A stretch of 64,000 bases of DNA, from NCBI RefSeq assembly GCF_963921235.1, contig NC_086097.1, positions 249,924,001-249,988,000 on the forward strand, in the 5' to 3' direction. Under the pieces are notes generated by a model. The model did not search any database. It was not told where the DNA came from and saw only the letters and a program-made list of their open reading frames with translations. How positions within the stretch are numbered: the stretch's first letter is position 1; each line of letters opens with the position of its first letter. Shown here in pieces: positions 37,831-49,803 of this stretch. Both the position numbers and the translations under genes were made by a program. The stretch comes from Mobula hypostoma (Eukaryota).

Positions 37831-38294
37831 CTAAATACTAGTGAGTAGAGACCCAGGACATTATTTTGGTGCATCAAAGGTTAAGATCACAACTTATTGA
37901 AAATGCCACTAGCAGAAAACAGCAATTTTTAAATTAACAAGTGGAAGATTGTCTCATAGAATGAAAGCTCATTGATTTATGCTTCATACAGTATTGGTAA
38001 GAGCAAGGATGTGATCCTGAGTCTTTATAAGGCATTGGTCAAATGGCCCTTGGAGTATTGTGAGCAGTTTACTAAAAGATGTCCTGGGTACTATAAAGTA
38101 CCCAGGACATCTTCAAGGAGCGGTGTCTCAGAAGGGCAGTGTTCATTATTAAGGACCTCCAACATCCAGGGCATGTCCTTTTCTCACTGTTACCATCAGG
38201 TAGGAGGTTCAGAAGCCTGAAGGCACACACTCAGCGATTCAGAAACAGCTTCTTCCCCTCTGCCATCTGATTCCTGAATGGACATTGAACACTA

Positions 38295-38530
38295 TCTCCG
38301 TCTGTCTGTCTAGGTCCCATATCCGATGCAGACTTTGGCGAACATGGTTTTCCATATAGATTATTTATTGTCTTCGTTTTTTGGATGACTTCCATTTCCT
38401 CGATGTGTTGCCACCTGGCTATGCTTTTGATGTACATAAGCCGAGGCCTTCCTCTAGGTTTACTCCCTCAATCTTTCCGGAGAGTATGAGTTTTTCTAGT
38501 TCATCTTTCCGCATGATGTGTCCGAGGAAT
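38295..38530 (-). mobile_element. RTE-clade LINE 3' fragment
   Basis: Reverse strand reads GHIMRKDELEKLILSGKIEG. Confidence 0.7.
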
Positions 38531-39342
38531 CTGTTGTGAACACTACATCACTTTTAAAATACATATTCTGTATTTTGCACTATTTTTAATCTATTCATTA
38601 TACATATACTGTAATTGATTTACTTATTTTATTATTATTATTTTTTTTTTCCTTCTATATTATGTATTGCATTGAACTGTTGCTGCTAAGTTAACAAACT
38701 TCACAACACATGCCGGTGATAATAAACCGGACTCTGAGTATGATTCTGAGTTTTGAGTTTCTTATCTAAGACCGGATGTGCTGGCAGTGGAGAGCTTCCA
38801 GAGGAGGTTTACAAGAATAATTCTGGGACTGGAAGGGTTAACTTATGAGGAGCCTTTGATAGCTCTGGGCTTGTACTTGCTGGTGTTCAGAAGAATAAAG
38901 TGGGGGGGGTCTCATTGGAACCTGCGGAATGGCCAAGACAGAGTGGATGTGGGGAGGATATTTCCTTAATGGGGGAGTTTAGAACCAGAGGGCACAGCCT
39001 CTGAATAGAGGAACAACCAATGATCTCACTTTCAGGACTCGTATCTTATTATTTCATTTTCTCATTATTTATTGCTCTTTATTTATATTTGCATTTGCAC
39101 ATTTTGTTGTCTTCTGCACTCTAGATGATCTTTCATTGATCCTGTTTTAATTACTATTCTATATATTTGCTGAGTATGCCTGCAGGAAAATTAATCTCAG
39201 GGTTCAATGTGCTGACGTATGTACTCTGATAACATATACTTTTGAACTTTTAAAAAAATTTCAAACAGATGAGAAGGAATTTCTTTATTCAGATAGTGGT
39301 GAATCTATGGAATTCATTGCCAATAAAGTATGACTATGACTA

Positions 39343-40172
39343 TAAACAACAGGAATTCTGCAGATGCTGGAAATTCAAGCAACACACATCAAAGTTGCTG
39401 GTGAACGCAGCAGGCCAGGCAGCATCTCTAGGAAGAGGTACAGTCGACGTTTCAGGCCTAGACCTTCGTCAGGACTAACTGAAGGAAAAGTTAGTAAGAG
39501 ATTTGAGAGGGGGAGGGGGAGAACCAAAACGATAGGAGAAGACAGGAGGGGGAGAGATGGAGCCAAGAGCTGGACAGGTGATTGGCAAAGGGGATTTGAG
39601 AGGACCATGGGACAGGAGGCCCAGGGAGAAAGACAAGGGGGGGGCGGAAACGCAGAGGATGGACAAGGGGTATAGCCAGAGGGACAGAGGGAGAAAAAGA
39701 GGAGAGAGAGAAAGAATGTGTGTATATAAATAAATAATGGATGGGGTACGAGGGGGAGGTGGGGCATTAGCAGAAGTTGGAGAAGTCAATGTTCATGCCA
39801 TCAGGTTGGAGGCTACCCAGACAGAATATAAGGTGTTGTTCCTCCAACCTGAGTGTGGCTTCATCTTTACAGTAGAGGAGGCTGTGGATAGACATGTCAG
39901 AATGGGAATGAGATGTGGAATTAAAATGTGTGGCCACTGGGAGATCCTGCTTTCTCTGGCGGACAGAGCGTAGGTGTTCAGCAAAGTGGTCTCCCAGTCT
40001 GCGTCGGGTCTCACCAATATATAGAAGGCCACATCGGGAGCACCGGATGCAGTATATCACCCCAGCCGACTCACAGGTGAAGTGTCGCCTCACCTGGAAG
40101 GACTGTCTGGGGCCCTGAATGGTGGTAAGGGAGGAAGTGTAAGGGCATGTGTAGCACTTGTTCTGCTTACTG
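39343..40172 (-). mobile_element. Penelope-like element 3' part (GIY-YIG endonuclease plus pLTR)
   Basis: ORF 39767..40093 GVIYCIRCSRCGLLYIGETRRRLGDHFAEH; TSD TGACTATGACTA at 39331-39342 and 40173-40184. Confidence 0.9.
39442..39476 (-). ncRNA. Minimal type I hammerhead ribozyme in a PLE pLTR
   Basis: AGUC CUGACGA AGGU-CUAG-GCCU GAAA CG UC GACU: complete core, stems I and II, vestigial palindromic stem III. Confidence 0.8.
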
Positions 40173-40749
40173 TGACTATGACTAGGTGGTTGTGTAGGCC
40201 AAGTTATTGAATGTATTTAAAGCTGAGGTTTATAGTTCTTGGTTAGTCAGGACATCAATGATTATGGGGAGAAGGCTGGAGAATAGGTTGGAGTGGGATA
40301 ATAAATCAGCCACATGTTAATGGCGGGCAGACTCGATGGGCCGAGTGGCCTAATTCAGCTCCTATGTCTTATGGCCTGAAAAATATAAATGAGCTATCAT
40401 AATATTATTAAATTCAAAAGTTTAATTTATGTGGAAACGTTTGTTCCGAAGAACCAAGGCAACTGGGAAGTTTAAACCTTAGATTAAAAAAAAAGACTGG
40501 CGATCATGAAATTAATGCAATGTTACAAAAATCTTTCTGGTTTACTGCTGTCTGGCAGGGAAGAAAATTCCCATCCTTGCTCTTGTGGCCTGCACGTGAC
40601 TCTTGCTCACTATTGGTTGACTCTTGCCTGCAGTTAGGACTGAACAACAAATACTGTTTTAGTCCTGAGTCCCTGATCTGCAAATGTATGTATCCACAAA
40701 TGACTATGAAAATAACTGAAAAGATCAATAATGTGTTGCCTTTATTTGG

Positions 40750-41306
40750 CAATCTGGCATGAAAATCCATGGCCTCCTCTTGTGCCAAGATGAGGCCATC
40801 CTCAGGGTGGAGGAGCAACACCTTGTGTTCCATCCTGGGTAGTCTCCAACCGGAGGGTATGAATATCAAATTCTCCTTCTGTTTTTATACATATATATAA
40901 AAAAAACAGAAGGAGAATTTGATATTCATACCCCTCCGGTTGGAGACTACCCAGGATGGAATACAATATATATAATCCCTCCCCTCCCCTCTTCTATTGC
41001 CCACTCTGCCTTCTTTCCTCTTGTCACCTGTTTATCACCTCCCCCCGGATCCCCTCCTCCTTCCCTTTCTCCTGTGGTCCACTTTTCTCTCTATCAAATT
41101 CCTTCTTCTCCACCTATTTACTTTTCCCATCCGCCTGACTTCACCTCTAACCCTCCAGCTATCCTCCTTCCCCTCCCCCACCTTTTTTATTCTGGCATCT
41201 TCCCCCTTCCTTTCCAGTCCCGATGAAGGGTCTCTGGCAGAACCATTGAATGTTTGTTTATTTCCATAGATGCTGCCTAACTTGCTGAATTCCTCCAGCA
41301 TTTTGC
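40750..41306 (+). mobile_element. Degenerate PLE 3' fragment with 19-bp flanking direct repeat and an internal inverted duplication
   Basis: ATGTGTTGCCTTTATTTGG at 40731-40749 and 41307-41325; GIY-YIG C-terminal remnant (EEQHLVF); decayed hammerhead at ~41215-41250. Confidence 0.8.
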
Positions 41307-42204
41307 ATGTGTTGCCTTTATTTGGGAGTGGGTTAGAATACAATATTAAGGAAGTCTTTCTTTTGTGAAGCCACACCTGGAGAACAAGGTGCAGTTTTCA
41401 TCTCTGCTATTAGGAAAAGCCTTCTGTGTTTTGCGAGAATTGCAATTTATTTTCACTGAATTGAACCTCAGGATGAGACTGCCGCCCTTTATAGGTCAGA
41501 CTGAGTAGGACTGGCTAATATTCAGGTGAAGTATGGTTGAAAGATGATCCTTTAGCGATGTACAGTATACAGAAAGAGATGGATAAGATCGACCCCTGCA
41601 GCCTGTTTCCTCAAGCTGCAGAGTCTTAAACAAGACAGCACCATCTCAGAGGGGGATTCTGTCCTGCAATTGAGTTGAAAAGCTTGATTATTTAGACAGT
41701 TGTGATTTTTTGGGGGATTTTTTTTTATTCCAAAGGATATAAATGCTGGGTCAAAGAATACAAGGCTGAGAGTAATAAATTTTTGAACAGCAAAGGATCA
41801 GGATATAATGATCAGGCAGGAGATGGATGAGGTGTAGGATCAGCCATGATCTTACTGTGTGATAAACCAAACTACTGCTCTGTCTTATGTTTCTGATGCC
41901 CGCAAGAAGCAGGCTAAACTCAATCAGACCAACTTAATGTCAGCCACAGACAAAAGTGAAGATTGTGAAAAAAAATAGACATTTTCTGTTTCACATGAAG
42001 TGAAAAGCATTAAGAATATGTGATCCACTTCCAGTCTGAGAAGGAAAGCAATGAAAGGTGATGAAAATGAAGATGATAATTATTATTTATGGAAAGGTAA
42101 AATATAATGAATACTCTGTGTTGTATTAAAATAATACTGTGTCTGAAATTAAATGATGAAGAATACCGACTGTGCTGAACACTGCAGTGAGCTTATAATA
42201 CATA

Positions 42205-42753
42205 AACTCAGTGACCACTCTTTTAGGTACAAGAGTGGAACCTGCTGTGGTCTTCTGTTGCTGTAACCCATCCACTTCAAGGTTTCACCAGCAACTTTTA
42301 TGTGTGTCACTTCAAGGTTTGGTGTGTTGTATATGCAAAGATGCTCTTCTGCACACCCACTGTTGTAAAGTGTGGGCATTTGAGTTACTGTCACCTTCCT
42401 GTCAGCTTCAACCAGTCTGGCCTTTCTCCTCTGACCTCTCTCAATAATAAGATGTTTTTGCCCACGGAACTACTGCTCACTAGATTTTTTTTTTACACAC
42501 CGTTCTCTGTAAACTCAAGAGACTGTTGTGCGTGAAAATCCCAAGGAGATTAGCAATTTTTGAGATACTCAAACCACTCCATTTGGAACCAACAATGATT
42601 TATGGTCATAGTCACTTGGATCACGTATCTTCCCAATTCTGATGTTTTGTCTGAACAGCAACTGAACCTCTTGACCACGTCTGCATGCTTTTCTACATTA
42701 AGTTGCCATCATGTGATTGGCTGATGTGTACCTAATAAAGTGGCCACTGAGTG
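42205..42753. mobile_element. Non-autonomous Tc1-like element
   Basis: Imperfect TIR related to CACTCAGTGGCCACTTTATTAGGTACA; TA flanks. Confidence 0.75.
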
Positions 42754-42910
42754 TACACAATGCTTGTTCCATGTTTGTTTCATTCCCTCAAAGCTAATTC
42801 AAAGCCATCTAAATTTTAACAAAGTGTACATTTTTGTCTTAGCATGAATTCATGTCTTTGCAGGCTGTTTTTCAATTTTTAACTTTTTTTTCTCTTCCTC
42901 ACTTAATTAG

Positions 42911-43016
42911 GGGTTTATGTGGAGAAAAACAGACCACTGGGTCTCTACTGACCAAATATGCACGTTCATCTGTGCAGAATGGTGTGAAAGTTTACAGTTC
43001 AAGAAGGCCAGTTTGA
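42911..43016 (+). CDS. DSCC1: DSCC1 last coding exon, GLCGEKQTTGSLLTKYARSSVQNGVKVYSSRRPV*
   Basis: Long pyrimidine tract and ttag acceptor; phase 2; TGA stop at 43014-43016; matches LCGEKQTIGALLTKY...QNGVKVYNSRRP. Confidence 0.96.
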
Positions 43017-43171
43017 AGGTGGAATCGAACACACAAAAGCCGCCACAAAGATGTGCATCAAATATTGCAAGTGCTTGTGCTCCTCAGTCCTCCATGGTTG
43101 TGGAATTTTAATATGCATTCTTCCTCACTACTCTTATTTTTCCAGAAATTATGATAAAGAACCAGGACCAA

Positions 43172-43802
43172 AATAAAAGTTACACTGCTACTAATTAAGT
43201 CAGAGGAGCAGGTGGATGCTGTGAACATTTATACTTGATTACAAATAAAACTTTATTGCGATTTCCAATCTACACAGTTACACTAACTTGTATACCTACT
43301 GGTGGTTGTTTAGTGATATTTGTTCATCATTTGACACTTGCTGGTCATGAATATTGTTTTGGCCAATTCTAACCGAACCAATTGCTGCTGCTGGCGACCC
43401 CCACAGATTTGTTATGCTGGTGTGATGCGCCCTTAACTCCAATAACGATTGTTCCAAAAGTTAAAGGATCTGTATTTGATCCTTTATTAGCAATTAGCAA
43501 ACATGCAATTAAAATTGATCATAACTAAGTGAAGTTGAATGTAATTTAGAAATCAACAAAGGATATGACATCCATCAGCCCCAGATGCAAACTGCCTCAG
43601 GCAAAGCACGAATAAGTAACTTATTCCCTTTGCTTTTTACCACGTCCATGTGACCAGTTACCAAAATAAACGCACAACACAAATACAATACTGGTATTGA
43701 ACAGATCCGTGACTCCCACAGATATCATATGATTGCATTGTAGTGAATGACAATACAAGGTTTTCTAAAGCTCAATTATATCTGAACTGATTTGTTAATA
43801 AA
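43172..43802 (+). terminator. Candidate DSCC1 polyadenylation signals (AATAAA at 43172, 43244, 43665, 43797)
   Basis: AATAAA hexamers in non-repetitive sequence downstream of the stop; which one is used is unknown. Confidence 0.5.
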
Positions 43803-44109
43803 CTGAAGAATTCAGTTTATTTATTTATTTAGAGATAGGGTGTGGAATAGGCCCTTTGGACCTTCAAGCTGCACCAGCCAGCAACCCTTGATTTAACCCT
43901 TGCCTAATCTTGGGGCAATTTACAATGACCAATTAATCTACCAACAGGTAACGTCTTTAGACTGTGGGAGACAACCAGAACACCCAGAGAAAACCCACGC
44001 ACCCCACAGGGAGGACATACAAACTCCTTACAGAGGATGCCAGAATTGAACTCTGAACTCCCTGACGCTGGAGCTGTAATAACATCACAATAACCACTAA
44101 CAAGAGAAA

Positions 44110-45010
44110 ATCTGTACGGAGTGTACCACCACACTAGCCTCTGCATCCAGCACATAATTCTCCAAAACTTCCAACATCTCTAATGAGATCCCACCACCAA
44201 GCACATCTCTCCCCTCCCCCATTTTCTGTTACCCACAGGGATCGCTCTGTACACGACTCCCTTGCCCATTCGTCCCTCCCCACTGATCTCCCTCCTGGCA
44301 CTTATCCTTGCAACTGGAACAAGTGCTACACCTGCCCCTACACCTCCCCCCTCACTACCATACAGGTCCCAAACAGTCCTTCCAGGTGAGGCGACACTTC
44401 ACCTGTGGGTCTGTTGGGGTCATGTTGTGTTCCGTGCTCCCGATGTGACCTCTAGTATATCTGTGACACCCAATGTAGATTGGGAGACTACTTCACCGAG
44501 CACCTACACTCCATCCGCCAGAACAAGTAGGATCTCCCATTTTAATTTTAATTCCACTTCCCATTCCCATTCCGATCTGTGTATCCATGGCCTCCTCCAC
44601 TGTCGTAATGAGGCCACACTTCGGTTGGAGGAACAACACCTTATGGTCCGTTTGGGTAGCCTCCAACCTGGTGGCATTGATTTCTCGAACTTTCAGTAAT
44701 GCCCCACACCCTCCCTCTCCTTCACTGTTTCCCAACTCCCCCCCCCCCGTTGCTCCCCCCCCTTTCTTTCCTCCATGGCCTTCTGTCTCTTTTACCAATT
44801 TACTTCTCAGCTCTTTACTTTATCCCCTCCCCCTTCAGGTTTCACCTATCACCTTGTGTTTCTCTCTCCCCTCCCCCCAACTTTTATTTCTATGCCTTAG
44901 CTTTCTTTCTCTGGTCTTGCCGAAGGGTTTCAACCCAAAACATCAACTGTACTCTTTTCCTAGATGCTGCCTGGCCTGCTGAGTTCCTCCAGGATTTTGT
45001 GTGTGTTACA
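44110..45010 (+). mobile_element. Penelope-like element 3' part, frameshifted
   Basis: PGTYPCNWNKCYTCP and ATLRLEEQHLMVRLGSLQPGG; pLTR with decayed hammerhead at ~44913-44950. Confidence 0.85.
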
Positions 45011-45576
45011 CTAACCACTACCCTACTGTGGTGTTCAAAGTAAATTTATTATCAATGTATTTATATGTCACCGTATTCTACACTGAGATTCCATTTTTAC
45101 AGGAGAACAAATAAATACAGTAGAACTAATGGAAAAACTGCATGTAAAGACTGACAAACAACCAATGTGCAAGGAAGACAAACTGCAAAGACGTTAAATA
45201 AATAGATAAATGAATAAATAATACTGAGAACGTGAGTTGTAGTGTCCTTGAAAGTGAGTTGTGGAATCATTTCGGTGTTGAGATGAGTGAAGTTATCCAC
45301 GTCAGTTCAGATTCCGATGGTTGAGAAGTAATGACTGTTCGAGAGCCTGCTGGTGTGGGGCCTGTACCTCCTTCCCGATGGCAGCAGTGAGGAGACAGCA
45401 AGACCTGGATGGTGAGGGACCTTTCCTGCTTTCTTGTGGCAGTGCTTTGAAGTTGTCCTCAATGGTGGTGGGGGAGGGGTCTTTTCCTGTGATGGATTGA
45501 GCTGTATCCACTTTTTTAAAATTGGGAATGACTTTACGGGCAAGGATTTTGACTGATACAGTTGACTCCAGTGTCT

Positions 45577-45794
45577 CATAAACACAAAATAATCTGCAGA
45601 TGCTGGGGTCAAAGCAACACTCACAACATGCTGGAGGAACTCAGCAGGACGGCCAGCATCCGTGGAAAAGATCGGTCGATGTTTCGGGCCGGAACCCTTC
45701 GTCAGGACCAAGTTCCGGCCTGAAACATCAACCGATCTTTTCCACGGATGCTGCCCGTCCTGCTGAGTTCCTCCAGCGTGTTGTGAGTGATGCT
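45577..45794. mobile_element. Fold-back PLE pLTR mini-element with a hammerhead at 45674-45709 (-)
   Basis: 15-bp direct repeat TTGACTCCAGTGTCT at 45562-45576 and 45795-45809; inverted arms. Confidence 0.85.
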
Positions 45795-46084
45795 TTGACT
45801 CCAGTGTCTTCCATGAAGAATCATGGAAAATGAATCACATTATTGATCTACCGTGAATGACATTGAATCATATGACACCCTAATTATCTGTGTCATCACT
45901 TGGCAAGCTATCAACCTGCCTTCCAAATTCCTCTGTCCATTGTTCATTTACTTGATGTGTCCTGTGGGAATTTGACCTCCCAAAGTGTATTATCTCATAC
46001 TGGTCTGGATTAAGTTCAATCTATCACCACTCTGCCCAACTTTCCAGCTGATCTATGTCCTGCTGTACCTTTGAACAACCAGAT

Positions 46085-47850
46085 GGAAGACCCAGGTGTC
46101 AGGGAGCATGAAGTGTGTGTAGTTACCATATCTAGAGAGAAGGCTCTTGGGAAACTGAAAGGTCTGAAGGTAGATAAGTCACCATGACCAGATGCTGTAC
46201 ACCCCAAAGTTCTTAAAGAAGTGGCTGAAGAGATTGCAGAGACATTAGTAATGATCTTTCAAGAATTCCTAGTCTCTGGAATGGTTCTGGAAGACTGGAA
46301 AATTGCAAATGTCATTCCACTCTTCGAGAGAGAGAGAGAGAGAAGCTATAGGCCAGTTAATCTGACCTCAGTAGTTGGGCAGATGTTGGAGTTGATTATT
46401 AAGGATGAGATCTCAGGGTACTTGGAGGCACATGATAAAGTAGGCCGTATTCACGTGGTTTCCTCAAGGGAAGGTCTTGCCTAACAAATCGGTTGGAATT
46501 CTTTGAAAAAATAACAAACAGTATAGACAAAGGAGAGTCAGTGGATGTTCTGTACTTGGATTTTCAGAACAAGCTTACAAGTAAACATTCTTGCATGGAT
46601 AAATGTGGCTGACTGGCAGAAGGTAAAGAGCGAGAATAAAGGGAGCCTCTTCTGGCTGGCTGCGGGTGACTAGTGATGTTCCACAAGAGTCTGTTGGTTA
46701 AGACCGATTTATTTTTTTTACATTTTGATGGAATTCATGGCTTTGTTGCAATGTTTGCAGATGATATGAAGATAGCTGGAGGGGCAGGTAGTTTTGAGGA
46801 AGTACAGAGGTCTTAGATTAAGAGAATGAGCAAAGAAATGGCAATTGGAATACAGTGTCAGGAAGTATGTGGTCATGCACTTTGGTGGAGGAAATGAAAG
46901 GGTGAACTATTTTCTAAATGGAAAGAGAATACAAAAAAACTGAGTTGCAAATGGACTTGGGAATCCTTGTGCAGGATACCATAAAGGTTAATTTGCAGGT
47001 CGGGTCTGGTGAGGAAGGCAAATGCGAAGTTAGCATTCATTTCAAGGGGACTAGAATATAAAAGCAAAGATGTAATGTTGAGACTTTATAAAGCTGGTGA
47101 GGCCTTCTTCGAGTGTTGTGAGCAGTTGTGGGCCCATTGTCTTAGAAAGGATGTGCTGAAGCAGGAGAGGGTTCAAAGGAGTTTTGCAAAAATGATTCCA
47201 GGATTGAATGGCTTGTCATATGAAAAACATTTGATGGCTCTGGGCCTGTATTCACTTGAATGAGGTGTGACCACATTGAAACCTATTGAATGGTGAAAGG
47301 CAGTGGTCCCCAACCTCCGGGCTGCGGACTGATCCCGATCCGCGAAGCATGCAGGGGTGCAGCGGTAGCTGGGACGCACCCAGGACATCTTTAAGAAAAA
47401 AACTGAAATAAACAAGCTAATTAATTAGGTGCCGCCCGGCACGTAAATCGGCCCTGCTGCACCCCTGCATTCTTCGCGGATCGGTATCAGTCCGCGGCAA
47501 GGCCTTGATAGAGTGAATGTGGTGAGAATGGTTTCTAAGGTGGGAGAGTCTAAGACCAGAGGACACAGCCTCAGAATAGAGGGGTGTCCTTTTAGAATGG
47601 AGATGAGGAGGAATCTGTTAGCCAGAGAGTGGTGAGACTGGAATTCTTTGCCACAGGCAGCTGTGGAGGCCAAGTCTGTATGTATATTTAAGGCAGATGT
47701 TGATAGATTCTTGATTGGTCAGGGCACGAAGGGATATGAGGAGAAAGCAGGAGATTGGGGCTGAGAGGAAAATTGGATCAGCCATGATAAAATGGCGGAG
47801 CAGACACAATGGGCCAAATGGCCTAATTCTGCTCCTATATCTTATGGGCT
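46085..47850 (+). mobile_element. CR1 ORF2 and 3' fragment
   Basis: ORFs 46221..46484 and 47009..47263 with CR1 RT motifs. Confidence 0.85.
47301..47498. mobile_element. hAT/Charlie-like MITE, right end truncated
   Basis: Starts CAGTGGTCCCCAACC; ~45-bp internal inverted repeat; CpG-rich; splits the CR1 at GAAAGG|CCTTG. Confidence 0.65.
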
Positions 47851-48334
47851 TCACTATCTTCATTTCCACCAATTAAAGATTGGCTTTATTTGTCACATAC
47901 ATCAAAACTTACAGTGAGTTGCATTGCTTGATTGGGGATGTGTTAGGACAGCCCGCAAGTGTCACTTTGCTTCCTGTGCTAACGTAGCATGCCTGCAGTT
48001 TGCTAATCCTGACTCCTACGTATTTGGAATGTGGGCGGAAACCAGAGCACCATGTGGTCATGCTGAGAACATACAAATGCCATACAGATAGTGGTGAGAA
48101 TCAAACCCTGAACGGTGATCACTGGCACTGTGAAGCGATTGCGCTGCCATGCACCATGCTGCCCTATTTTCATGTCATCTGCAGATGGACTAACCAGACC
48201 ACCTACGTTCTCCGTTCCAGGTCATTTACAAGTGAACCTCATGTTACTAAAGGGGTTGCATTCTTCGAAAGTTGTCTGTATTCTGATCTTCCATAAAGTG
48301 AAACTCGATTTCCTATTAAACCCCATGTTATAAA

Positions 48335-49803
48335 TAGAGCCGTGTTCCTATTAGTCCGTGAGCCAGGACTCCAAATTTGGGCCACCGGTACCCTCTGGGG
48401 GGAATAATTCTTATAGTGACTTTTGGCAAGGTATACAGCCCTAGTGCTGGAAAATATGTGATAGCATTGCAGCGACGGTAGCTTTCTGTGAGGGGGACTG
48501 GGAGTTGCACCTCCATGCTATAAGAACCATGATCCCATGGTGCTTTGCCTATGATAAGATGAATTATGCCAGGTACCTGTCCCCCTACTTTGCTCAGATG
48601 ATGAACCTCCCAGAGAAGAATCCTGTGTATGAGGCCTTCAAGGCAGGCCAATTCTCAGTGCAGCTGTCAAGTAACAACCCCTTTGGACAGATCCCTGTGG
48701 ACCAGGCTATTGAAGCCACAGTGAACAAAGATACACAGACTCCTGGAGGCACATCACGGTTCAGCCTGAATGCTGGAGCTATCAAGCGTTACTACATAAC
48801 AGCTGGGCACCGCAGTGCATTCCTGGGACAGTTAAGGGAGATGGTGCAAGGCAACAAATCAGAGCTTTGTCACACGGAGCTACAGCGGCCAAGAATCCAG
48901 AAAGATGAGGAAGCAGTTTCAGCAGCGGTTAGCCTCATACATGAATGGGTCAACCCATTTGCAGAGAAGCAGGACCTCATTAGCATCTCTACGGCAAAGG
49001 CAGCCGCCAAGGACATTGCCTCTGACCTGATGAAGGCATATGAGATTGGTGAGCAATGCTATGCAACCTTCAAGAATGAGAGACTAGAGGAAGACCCACC
49101 AGCAAAGAAATTCCATGACCCAGTGAAAACCAACAAGCTGAAACCATTCAGTGATATGTGTAAGAAAAGAGAAGTGAAATCAAATGGGAGGGCGATCATC
49201 TTGAAAGCAGACAGGTCTTTGTGATAGCGATGGCACATGAGCGCAGTCTACGTATGGAGGATATTCTTCCTCATCCCCTTGGACCATTGCCTTGGGCCCT
49301 GTCCACACCAGAAGGATTGATGAGAAAGACAAATATAAAGCTACTTTAGCCACACCCTTGCAGAAAAATGTAGCAGTAGAAGAGTAACTCCCAGGAAACC
49401 CTGCTACAGCGGTTGAAGGAATGGACTTGGTCCAAAGAGTGAAAGGTGATCAAGTTACTTTCAGAGATGTTGCCACAACAGTTCTGGGTATGGCTCTGAG
49501 GGAAGGCAGTCAGAGTAGCAGAATAGACGTGTTCGACACATACAAGGAGAACTCTATCAAGAATAGTGAAAGATCACTGATGACAAAATATATGTGGTAC
49601 TTTATACTGGCCACTTTTCAGAAATGTTAGTGTTATAAAATGCATGATAGCACACATAAAGCTACCACTGGTGCAACGCTATCACATATTTTCTAACTCT
49701 AGAGATGTATACCTTGCCAAAAATCACTATGAGCATTATTCCCCTCAGATGGTACCGACCAACCCTACTGGCTCACGGACTATATGGGATGTTTTGTTCT
49801 CTA
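48335..49803 (+). mobile_element. Academ-like DNA transposon, internally deleted
   Basis: TAGAG...CTCTA termini with ~150-bp imperfect inverted repeats; ORF 48505..49224 (WCFAYDKMNYARYL, DQAIEATVNK) and XPG/PIN-like RIDVFDTY...SIK...ER in ORF 49421..49630. Confidence 0.7.
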
